The notes below the pieces were generated by a model. The model made no database searches. It was not told where the DNA came from and worked only from the letters and a program-made list of their open reading frames with translations. This document shows, one piece after another, positions 23,501 through 34,485 of a stretch of 41,900 bases of DNA. The DNA is taken from contig MCFE01000726.1 in the NCBI GenBank assembly GCA_002104905.1, positions 1-41,900 of the forward strand, written 5' to 3'. The position numbers and the translations under genes were made by a program. Position 1 is the stretch's first letter. Every line of letters starts with the position of its first letter. The stretch comes from Basidiobolus meristosporus CBS 931.73. Taxonomy: Eukaryota; Fungi; Basidiobolomycota.

Positions 23501-24569
23501 ATGTTTTCTATCAAACGCTTGGCTATCGTTGCGGGACTTGTTGTCTCATTGCTTCAGGGAGAAACATCAGCCACCTCGTGTGACCTCGAGAGTCAGCTCG
23601 CGAAAGATGAATGCTACATGAAGATTGCCTTGGACTTTGCCAAGGCCCACAACCCTGGATTCCCATTCGGTGCCTTGATCGTGGACCACAAGAAAAACGA
23701 AATCTCCTGCTACGGCGCGAACAGCAACAAGCAAAACAAGCTGATGCATGGTAGGCCCTCGTCCACTATCTGCTCCCCGTTTCCGTTGTCTTTACCTTTC
23801 TCTTTGCGTTTCTCTGTTCTCCCTCCCTTCCTTCTTTCCTTCTGGCTCACTCCACCTCATGTGCTCGGACTGTGATACTCATGCCACTTCATCCTAGGTG
23901 AGACCGCAGCCTTCTGGAAGTAAGTAGTCACGCATACTTGGCTGGCCAGAGGAAGATCCACTCACCAACCTGTTCTGCTACACAGTTGCACCCAGATGTA
24001 TCCCTCGCCCACCAACGACGACATGAACGACCCAGGACTCGACTGGTCCCAGCAAACACTCTACACAACCGGTGAGCCAGTGAGTATCTTCAGCGCTGGC
24101 TGCGGTATGGCCATATGACACACAATAGAGTATAACCAGAGTTTCCCATGTGTGTAGTGTCCCATGTGTGCGTCACAGAGTATCTACCGAGGAGTGTCCC
24201 GAGTAGTGTGGGGAACATCCATTCCAGACATCAACAAGAGCGGCCGTCAGCAGATCATGATTCGCATGTGAGTATCACTCGCCCCTCTCTAACAACACAA
24301 AACTGTGTGCTGATTTCAGTTTTAGGGAAGAAGTGGTTAACTCGGCCCGTTTAGGGGGGAACAGACCGGACAAGCGAGTACCGGAGTTGGTAGGGGGAGT
24401 GTTGAAGAAGGAGTGCGATGCAGCCTTTTGGGACGCGTTTGCAGTCTTCCGAGATGACGATTATGTCGAGGGGATGAAACTTTGGGGAGAATCGGAATAC
24501 ATACATAGTCACGAGCCTCAATCCTCAAGCCCAGGAGAGGCTGAGTTCTACGCACGCGATGAACTCTGA
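23501..24569 (+). CDS. Signal-peptide zinc-dependent deaminase (cytidine/guanine/TadA-like superfamily), copy 1, C-terminal RDEL
   Basis: Exons 23501-23750, 23898-23919, 23986-24079, 24158-24267, 24326-24569 (239 aa). FPFGALIV, HGE (HxE), YTTGEPCPMC (PCxxC); signal peptide; ends FYARDEL. Confidence 0.88.
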
Positions 24570-24749
24570 TATCCCAGGAAATATATGGTTCGCAGCCACT
24601 CCATGTAAAATCACGCTGTAAATAACTCGATTTTTATGAATAAATTCATACTACCATTCAGGAGTCCTTTTCTTTTACTTGGGCCAGATGGAGCCTTCAT
24701 TTTTGTTCTTTGTAAAGGCTAAAGATGCCTATGAACGTAATCCAAAGGG

Positions 24750-26170
24750 TAACATGAATTTATTGGTAGAAATCGAGTTATTTACAGCGTGATTTTACAT
24801 GGAGTGGCTGTGAACCATGCGCGTCTTCGCATCCAAGTGCTCCTCCCCCCTCTGTTGTGCTTTCTCCGATTCAGATGGACAGCCAAGTTAGTGCTCGTGG
24901 GCCTTGATAAATCCCAGCTTTCCCCACTTCTTCATCCCTCTCAGGTAATCCTCGTCGCGGAATACTGCGAATGCGTCCCAAAAGGCTGCATCGCACTCCT
25001 TCTTCAACACTCCCCCTACCAACTCCGGTACTCGCTTGTCCGGTCTGTTGCCTCCCAATCGCTGAGAGCGGACCACCTCTTTCCTATACCATGGGTGAGT
25101 ATGTTCTCCCCGACTGATAGAGACGGGTGAGTGATACTCACATGCGAATCATGATCTGCTGACGGCCGCTCTTGTTGATGTCTGGAATGGATGTTCCCCA
25201 CACTACTCGGGACACTCCTCGGTAGATACTCTGTGACGCACACATGGGACACTACACACATGGGAAACTCTGGTTATACTCTATTGTGTGTCATATGGCC
25301 ATACCGCAGCCAGCGCTGAAGATACTCACTGGCTCACCGGTTGTGTAGAGTGTTTGCTGGGACCAGTCGAGTCCTGGGTCGTTCATGTCGTCGTTGGTGG
25401 GTGAGGGATACATCTGGGTGCAACTGTGTAGCAGAACAGGTTGGTGAGTGGATCCTCCTCTGGCGCAGCCAAGTATGCGTGACTACTTACTTCCAGAAGG
25501 CTGCGGTCTCACCTAGGATGAAGTGGCATGAGTATCACACAGTCCGAGCACACTGAGGTGGAGTGAGCCAGAAGGAAAGAAGGAAGGGAGGAGGGAGAAC
25601 AGAGAAACGCAAAGAGAAAGGTAAAGACAACGGAAACGGGGAGCAGATAGTGGACGAGGGCCTACCATGCATCAGCTTGTTTTGCTTGTTGCTGTTCGCG
25701 CCGTAGCAGGAGATTTCGTTTTTCTTGTGGTCCACGATCAAGGCACCGAATGGGAATCCAGGGTTGTGGACCTTGGCAAAGTCCAAGGCAATCTTCATGT
25801 AGCATTCATCTTTCGCGAGCTGACTCTCAAGGTCACATGTCGCGGCAAACACTCCCCCGTGAAGCAGCAAGCTGGTGATCCCAGCGAGAAGTAACAGTGC
25901 GCACGATGGAGAACATATGGGAGAAAGAGGGTTGAGCGAAGGTGATGTGTATTGTGGATACTGTGGTGGTGAGCGAGTGGGAAGCCTCTATATATTCGCG
26001 ACTCTTGCCCAGGGAATCCAGACCAGGTATGGGTTTGGTGATGTCTACTACACAAGTGTTCTCAGGCAAACCTGTTGGAATACCAAGGGAATGTTTCTCC
26101 TCTGGATGGTGAGTATGGCGGTGTGTTCCGTGTGGAGAGCAGAGGGTATGAGGGGAGCAGCACACAAATC
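24750..26170 (-). repeat. Left arm of a ~1.4-kb near-identical inverted duplication (partner 26855-28270)
   Basis: The reverse complement matches 26855-28270 through 5' flank, introns and 3' flank, ending at AAATTCATGTTA. Weaker similarity extends a further ~50 bp into the spacer. Confidence 0.93.
24888..25916 (-). pseudogene. Deaminase copy 2: inverted duplicate of copy 3 with a +1 frameshift in the signal peptide
   Basis: Exon 1 (25916-25666) is 251 nt versus 250 in the other copies: GTTACTTCTCGCT versus GTTATTCTCGCT (extra base at 25891). Remaining exons, HGE and PCPMC intact; ends KAHEH. Confidence 0.8.
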
Positions 26171-26854
26171 GGTAAGCACCAAATCGCACCTGGTGCGAGT
26201 GACCGGGTGTGAATATCTTTCTGCTCAGATTACAGATGGAAAGGCATTTCTGCGTAGCTTTAGATACCAGGTAAATTCGCTGACAACCTGTTTCGATCGG
26301 ACAAATTCTATTTGGCACTTTACCTTCACGAAAAACCTAGTGTGATGCAAAAGAAAATTCCCCAGCCTCTTAACATTTATGCGATAGCAAGTCACCTATC
26401 AACAAAGCAGAACGTAAAAGAATGGAACGGAAATTGGACTAGCCCAATCACCATAGATCCAAATGATGATATCGTCTGTTCGCTTGTTTAATGTTCGTTG
26501 AAGAGCATCTACCATGGATTGTCTGTTGAGTGGTAACACGATTAGTCGGCAAACGTTTCCATAGAAACGAAGCTATTTGCACTTTCATGATCAGCGCTTC
26601 GGATAAGCCTTTCTGGTATCTACATGTAACGCTAATCGGAAATAAGTGATTATAGAATTTAATCAGAGATAGCGGTGATAGGAGAGTAACATTAGTATTA
26701 TCGTGATTAATGATCAGGCAGATTAGTACCTCATTCCCCTCCGGTCTAATGGCTTCCGGAGGATTTACCTGGGATAAAGTACTACACAATCATATATCTA
26801 CATCCAAATGAGAAGATATACGCACTCTCACCATGTGCGATTCAGTGCTCATTG

Positions 26855-28270
26855 ATTTGTGTGCTGCTCCCGTCATACCCTCTGCTCTCCACACGGAACA
26901 CACCGCCATACTCACCATCCAGAGGAGAAACATTCCCTTGGTACTCCAACAGGTTTGCCTGAGAACACTTGTGTAGTAGACATCACCAAACCCATACCTG
27001 GTCTGGATTCCCTGGGCAAGAGTCGCGAATATATAGAGGCTTCCCACTCGCTCACCACCACAGTATCCACAATACACATCACCTTCGCTCAACCCTCTTT
27101 CTCCCATATGTTCTCCATCGTGCGCACTGTTATTCTCGCTGGGATCACCAGCCTGCTGCTTCACGGGGGAGTGTTTGCCGCGACATGTGACCTTGAGAGT
27201 CAGCTCGCGAAAGATGAATGCTACATGAAGATTGCCTTGGACTTTGCCAAGGTCCACAACCCTGGATTCCCATTCGGTGCCTTGATCGTGGACCACAAGA
27301 AAAACGAAATCTCCTGCTACGGCGCGAACAGCAACAAGCAAAACAAGCTGATGCATGGTAGGCCCTCGTCCACTATCTGCTCCCCGTTTCCGTTGTCTTT
27401 ACCTTTCTCTTTGCGTTTCTCTGTTCTCCCTCCCTTCCTTCTTTCCTTCTGGCTCACTCCACCTCGTGTGCTCGGACTGTGTGATACTCATGCCACTTCA
27501 TCCTAGGTGAGACCGCAGCCTTCTGGAAGTAAGTAGTCACGTATACTTGGCAGACCAGAGGAAGATCCACTCACCAACCTGTTCTGCTACACAGTTGCAC
27601 CCAGATGTATCCCTCACCCACCAACGACGACATGAACGACCCAGGACTCGACTGGTCCCAGCAAACACTCTACACAACCGGTGAGCCAGTGAGTATCTTC
27701 AACGCTGGCTGCGGTATGGCCATATGACACACAATAGAGTATAACCAGAGTTTCCCATGTGTGTAGTGCCCCATGTGTGCGTCACAGAGTATCTACCGAG
27801 GAGTGTCCCGAGTAGTGTGGGGAACATCCATTCCAGACATCAACAAGAGCGGCCGTCAGCAGATCATGATTCGCATGTGAGTATCACTCATCCCGTCTCC
27901 ATCAGTCGGGGAGAACATACTAACCCATGGTATAGGAAAGAGGTGGTCCGCTCCCAGCGATTGGGAGGCAACAGACCGGACAAGCGAGTACCGGAGTTGG
28001 TAGGGGGAGTGTTGAAGAAGGAGTGCGATGCAGCCTTTTGGGATGCATTCGCAGTATTCCGCGACAAGGATTACCTGAGAGGGATGAAGAAGTGGGGAAA
28101 GCTGGGATTTATCAAGGCCCACGAGCACTAACCCGGCTGTCCATCTGAATCGGAGAAAGCACAACAGAGGGGGGGGGGAGCACTTGAATGCGAAGACGCG
28201 CATGGTTCACAGCCACTCCATGTAAAATCACGCTGTAAATAACTCGATTTCTACCAATAAATTCATGTTA
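26855..28270 (+). repeat. Right arm of the ~1.4-kb inverted duplication
   Basis: Reverse complement of 24750-26170; spacer about 680 bp. Confidence 0.93.
27108..28131 (+). CDS. Signal-peptide zinc-dependent deaminase, copy 3
   Basis: Exons 27108-27357, 27507-27528, 27595-27688, 27767-27876, 27936-28131 (223 aa). MFSIVRTVILAGITSLLLHGGVFA signal; HGE and PCPMC; ends KAHEH. Confidence 0.88.
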
Positions 28271-29015
28271 GTTTGCTTAAAGACCGAAAGATTCAAGGTT
28301 TCTCGTCTAGTGCTAAGTAAGATAAAGTTTCACCAGGATCAATGAGGAGCAAGTGTATCCGTAAATTACAGCAGACTACGTGACTATCACAACTCCAGGA
28401 CTGGCATAGCAGATTCCGATTTTATCCCAGGCAATGCTTGCTTGTAAGGTATGATCTACGGGGCGAGGTGTTGGGAAGGAACTGGTGGATTAGGGTTAGA
28501 ATCGTATACACTTGCTACTAGTAGTTAGTTGAAAACCGTGCTGTTTCTGTTATGTGAATCTTTATAAAAATTACCAAATAAGTATGATGTATAACGCTGA
28601 TCCTGGATCTCCTTGATGGCTGTAGAGTGCTGGGAATACGCCGGTTATTGTTGGGACTTTGGTGTATGTGTAACTAAGATGACGCCTGGTTCTGATGAGA
28701 TCATAGTGACCCGTTTCCGTTGAGTAACCGCTGCATGGCTCAACAGGTTTACCAGGGAAGTTTTCAAAATATTGAGGCGTTGGATACGATATACCTCCAA
28801 AGTACCATATATGGGGGTGGCGATCATCCTACTTGCAATAAAGTATCGATACAATATTCGTAGGGAAATGCCGATTCATATTCTTAGTTCTCCACACGGG
28901 TCATCAACACACTACGTGGGAATACCAAAAAAGATGGAGACTACACGTAGGCTGGACATACAGAGTATATAATCCCACCTACACACACATAGCAGGTCCA
29001 CTTCTCAATACTACA

Positions 29016-29943
29016 ATGCTTTCGCTGAAAAAGGGTGCTTTCCTTACTGGGCTTGCCGCCTTGTTGCTTCAAGGTGAGGTGTTTGCCTCCTCGTGCAATT
29101 CGGAGAGTCAAGTAGAGAAAGACGAGTGTTACATGAAGATCGCGTTGGATTTCGCCAAAGCGCACAACCCGGATTTTCCTTTCGGTGCTTTGGTCGTGGA
29201 CAACAACAAAGATGAGATCTCTTGCTATGGTGTGAACAGCAGCAAGCAAAATAAATTGTTGCATGGTAGGACCGTTCATATGCTTTTCCCGAGGACTGGA
29301 TGCTTAATGCTTATTCTAGGCGAGTCGGCTGCTTTCTGGAAGTAAGCAAGCACCTACATTTGGCAGACCAGAGGAAGATCCACTCACCAACCTGTTCTGC
29401 TACACAGCTGTACCCAGATGTATCCCTCGCCCACCAATGACGACATGAACAACCCAGGACTCGACTGGTCCCAGCAAACACTCTACACAACCGGTGAGCC
29501 AGTGAGTATCTTCAGCGCTGGCTGCGGTATGGCCATATGACACACAATAGAGTATAACCAGAGTTTCCCATGTGTGTAGTGCCCCATGTGTGCGTCACAG
29601 AGTATCTACCGAGGAGTGTCCCGAGTAGTGTGGGGAACATCCATTCCAGACATCAACAAGAGCGGCTGCCCACAGATTATGATTCGCATGTACGTATTAA
29701 GATATTCACTTCGCAGTTGTGATCAAGATTACTCACCAGCAATACAGGAAAGAGGTGGTCCGCTCCCAGCGATTGGGAGGCAACCGACCGGACAAGCACG
29801 TCCCAACCTTGACCGGAGGAGTGTTGAAGAAGGAGTGCGACGCAGCTTTTTGGGAGGCATTCGCAGATTTCCGTGACGAAGACTACCTCCAGGGGATGAC
29901 AGAATGGGGCCAGTTAGGGTATATAAAGGCACATGAACATTAG
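29016..29943 (+). CDS. Signal-peptide zinc-dependent deaminase, copy 4 (most diverged)
   Basis: Exons 29016-29265, 29320-29341, 29408-29501, 29580-29689, 29748-29943 (223 aa). HGESAAFW, PCPMC; ends KAHEH; TATATAA at 28966. Confidence 0.88.
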
Positions 29944-31599
29944 CTTTCAAACCCAGTGTGATCGGCACTCCATGTATCGCGCATCAAATTCTAGCCAATA
30001 AACTCCTCGATCATCTGACTCCGAGAAGCAGGGTAGACGGCACCAGTGTAAGACTCCCACCCGTCCAATGATTTGTTCACTGCATCTTGACGCAAATCAC
30101 GTTTTGCATATTTTGTAAATAATACAACATGAGTACCGCAGCTAGGGTTTGGCGTTTGAAAGTAAAAAAGTTTCTTCGTCGAGAGTTTATTTTATACATT
30201 TTGTAAATGACACAACACAAGTACCCGAAACTAGAGTTTGGCGTTTGCAGAGGAGGACTGGCTTTGCCGCTGATCTGGTTGGAGTAGAGATGACATCCGT
30301 GGGACTCGCTTTTGGTGTATGATCCATGATGCATTGAACGTTGCCAATTTTCAAAACTCGGTTACCGTCTTCCTTGCCTAACACCACCGATCAGCTACCT
30401 ACCGGAAATTCAGCCGAGTAAACGGTGCAGGTCCCGTCAAATTGGGGCTAAATCTTTTCTCGTTTGGACGTTGCTTCTCACGCACTCTGTACACAGGCAC
30501 TTCGACTAGGCGACTGAACAGGTTTCCGTGAGAACTGCAATGAGGTGGGAGTTCAACAACATTGGTTTTCGTATATATTTCATAGAAGGCCAGGTCAATG
30601 CCAGTAGTACTGTACCATTATTGTTCTTTTGTAACTTTTGTGGTGTCGCTCATTAGTTGCACTGTAGGATCATGCCTGGTATGAAATTTATACACCTGAT
30701 GTGTAAGTATTCCATATAAAATTTGCTTGTAGAATCACTGAAGCCTCCTGCATATCAGCCTCAATATATGTGTACATCTGCTGCAATTGAACCAATTCTA
30801 GCACCTGAGTCCAGCTAATAGCATAGTCTGGCAACATATCAATGCCTAATATTGTGAGAAACCAGGGTATTATGGCATCATTCAGGCAGGCCTTTTGTGA
30901 ATTCAGGATGGCCTTACACCCTATGAAGAATTATTGTGATAATCCTGTCAAAAGGCCGTCACAAATTCTAAGTCCTGTCACTAAGAGGTATTGATCCCAT
31001 CAGGACACCTTGCAAAGACCATCAAAAAATAATTGCACCCTGATATCACAAAAAACTTGGTCAAAATTTCTCATCACAACAATACAAAAGTGGCTTATGA
31101 TTGGTTGTCTGCCAATTTTTGCACTTTCTGATCCTGGACACTCTATCACCTCCTACATTTGTGTGCATTGATTGGCTATTGCCTCTTTTTTGTTGTAAGA
31201 GTCTTGGAGATATTGGAAGTGATTTAGGAGGACAAGTAGATTGTAGGGTTTTCACTTGATGATATATTGAATGTAAAGTAGTATTTATACTTTTACATAG
31301 TATTGGCATTACAAACCCATAGAATAGATTAAGGAGGGTCCCAAGAACATGTGTGCAAAGTTTGGGGCTGTTTGGACAACTTTGAGAATTTTCATGTTCT
31401 GTGTACCTGGTATTTTGGATGAAAGTATTCTAAGTACATCCCAACAAGGAATTTGGTCAGTATCCTCTACAGATCTGAAGGTAATGATCTAAGTGACTAA
31501 GTTAGGTGAATATTTAGGTGGAATTACAAATTTTTACAACATTTTTCACACTCCTTACTACCTGAATCAGCCATTTCACTTACTTTTCATGCATACAAA

Positions 31600-33110
31600 T
31601 TGATTTATTTCTGTTGGCACTTCAGCTGTACCTCAATCCAACCAGACCAGAAATAGCCCAAATTACTATATCAATGAGAGTACAAACTTAGCCCATGCCT
31701 ATTCTGTCCATATTGATGAGACTCAGACTGTAAAAGAGGCCCAAAATAGTCCTCAGACAAAGCTTTGGCAATCTCCAATGATCAAGGAGTGTCAGGCCCC
31801 AATGTAAAATCATACTTGGGACTTGGTCAAATTACCAGTCAACCAAAAATCAATCATATGCAGATGGGTCTTGAAGACAAAATACAAGGCTGATATGATG
31901 TTGAAAGATGTAAAGCAAGACTTGTAGCCAAAGGATATTCTCAAACAAAATGACTTGACTACACCAAGACCTTTGCATTGGTAGCCAAGCTTAATTCCAT
32001 CAAATCAATAATGGCTATTGCAGCCAAATATAAGTTTCTTGTCTATCAAATGGATGTAAAAGCTGCATGCTTAAAGGGAGAACTTGAAGAGAATGTGTAT
32101 ACAGACTAGACTGTTGGAATTGCTGACCAGTTAGCCTCCATTTTGCTTGCAAGCTTAAAAAGTCTCTACAGGGTCTCAAACAATCACCAAGAGCCTGGAA
32201 TTGCTAGATGGACTTTTATTTGGAATCATGGAGTTTTCAAAGGAGTACTGCTCACTATTGCATACACCATAAGCCAGATGGAGCAAGTCCAGCTTTACTA
32301 GCCCAATATGTGGATGATCTTATTATAGCCACCAGTAGCCCAGAAACACTAGAAGTGACTAAATTCAACATATCTCAGGAGCTCAATATGGCCATCTGGG
32401 AGAACTCAGTTACTACTGAGAGATAAAGTTCTCCATAGACAGAAGGACCCAATCTATTACATAAAGTTAGTCCAAGCATATGCAAGATATACTAAAGAAG
32501 TACCAAATAGAAGACTGTAAGCCAGCAGCTACCCCAATGGAGACAAACCTTAACTTGGTCAAAACTCAACCAAATTAAGAGATCTTAGCGCCATCTCAAA
32601 GCCCTGACTTTCTGTATCAATCTATGGTCAGCAGTCTGATGTATATCATGCCTAGAACACATCCAGATACCTCATATTCAGTGGGAGTTGTCAGCCAACA
32701 AAATCAGAACTATGGATCTGATCATATTGCAGCAGTTGAGTGGATTTTTAGATACATAAAAGGAACCGCAGATATCTGCTTAACATACTCCTATAAGGAT
32801 TCAGAACAAGATCTTTATGGATATACTGGTGCTGATTGGGGATGAAATATAGAAGACAAAATACCCACCACAGGATACACATCTCTTTAATGCAAAGGAG
32901 CAACTTCATGGAGATCAAGAAAGCAACCAACTGCAGCATTTTTTACCACCAAGAAAACAACTATTATATATTCTAAAATAATCAAGGATTTATAAATTTG
33001 GTAGAAATCCATCTTTTCATGCTAGAAATAAGCACATCCATATTACTCATCATTAAATATGCAAAGTTATAGAAATAGCTTGGCTAACTTGGTTTACTGT
33101 CCTTAGAGGT
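31600..33110 (+). mobile_element. Degenerate Ty1/copia retrotransposon pol (RT-RNase H) relic
   Basis: Broken frames read TVKEAQNSP...NHTWDLVKLP...CRWVLKTK, RLVAKGYSQ, QMDVKAA, LKQSPRAW, YVDDLII, RTHPDTSYSVGVVSQ, YTGADW, NPSFHARNKHI. Many stops and frameshifts; no LTR recognised. Confidence 0.9.
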
Positions 33111-33479
33111 GATTCTACAGTGGAATATATGAATTGTGTAAGGGGAGGTAGAAAAATGATATACCATTTGGTAAATTAGTTTGGTAGCATTATACAGAAC
33201 TAGCTGTAGGTCACCCTACTGCTGTGATAATGCCATCAGAAGCTTGCAATGAGGCTGTCAAAACACAGTCAGGTTTTCTGCCAAATAAGGCAATTGGATG
33301 TACAGGCTAGTCAGATCCACTCAAATAGTTGTAGAGCCCACTAAGACTGCAAGAATGCCATGCCACCCATGGCAATATACTGTACAAACACTGTTATGTT
33401 TTTACCTTTATTTGGCAGCAAAATTAGCCAAATGCTGTTGTGATCCCATCATAGGATTGTGTAGTTTGTCACTGTCAGT

Positions 33480-33950
33480 TGGGAATGAAGGCTTCTAGGA
33501 CTTTTGTTGCCATGGATAGTGGGAGAAAGCCTTGTAGTGCAATAGCTCTTGTAACATCAGAGAAGCTTAACCAGATATCTTATTGAGTAGATTGGGGTGG
33601 AAGGTCCACAGCACATAGCATAGATCTCCTTTAATGTGTCAGAGGAAATCCAGTAGTAGTGATGGGACTGGTAAGAAAAGACCATTCAGAAGAGTAAGTC
33701 ATATTAAGATTAATAGATGATTGAGTTAGTGTGTACAGACTTGACTGGGTGTAGTTGGCAATAGTTATCTGGTTCTCCATGCATTATGATTAAGTCCCCA
33801 TCAATTGCCACATATCCATTCACTATGTTTCAAATCACCCTAAAATCTATATGCAAATGCAAAATCTGTATATGATGTAGTTTTATCTGTGTCAATGCAA
33901 TTGAAGATGCATTGTGCCTAATATATGGAAAGTTTAACAATCTGTTGTGT
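33480..33950. repeat. Diverged direct-repeat copy of 36010-36500 (probable transposon relic)
   Basis: Shared anchors TTCTAGGA(C/T)TTTTGTTGCCATGGAT, TAATGTGTCA(G/A)AGGAAATC(C/T)AGTAGT(A/G)GTGATGGGA, TTAAGATT; otherwise clearly diverged. Confidence 0.7.
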
Positions 33951-34249
33951 TGTAATATGATTAGTTTGAGGCTAGCTCTAACATTTAGAGACTAATTAAC
34001 AATATACAATACCTTCCAGTCTGCTAGTACTCAAATAGTATATTAGGAGTTGAATATACCAATAGGAGATATAACTTTCACTGATAGCCTCAATCTGAGT
34101 CTCAAAAAGTAATATAGGCAGTGTTTTTCACTTCTACAACTGTGCTCTGACCTTCTGTCAGCTCTTAGGCTAATTTATAGTACAACAACTTTCCTTTTTT
34201 GAAAGCCACCTCCCTTTCTGAGAAAACATTTCCTGATATGGAAACTATG

Positions 34250-34485
34250 GACTCCCCTTTAACTTACAGGGGTGTGTTGTAGGAGTCTCTAAAGGGGTTT
34301 TTAGACCTGAAGGGGTGTCTAAAGAGGTGTCTTTAAAGTAATGGGGCTTCTTACAGTAGTCTTGCAAGTGAACTTTACACTAAAGGGGTGCCTAAAGGGG
34401 CTTCTTTAAGTTAAGGGGCTTCACAAAGGGGTCTCTGAGTTGGTCTTCAGACTAAAGGGGTGTAAAGTTGGGTGTCTTAGAGGGG
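34250..34485. repeat. Cluster of short (C)TAAAGGGG(T)-like motifs
   Basis: About nine imperfect copies in ~235 bp, plus one inverted copy (CCCCTTTAA, ~34254). Confidence 0.7.

Noticed and set aside
25875-27356. ORFs 25875-26345 (+), 26790-27356 (-) and the upstream extension of 26859-27506
   Set aside because: Antisense or 5'-flank read-through of the duplicated deaminase genes; they recur only because the DNA is duplicated.
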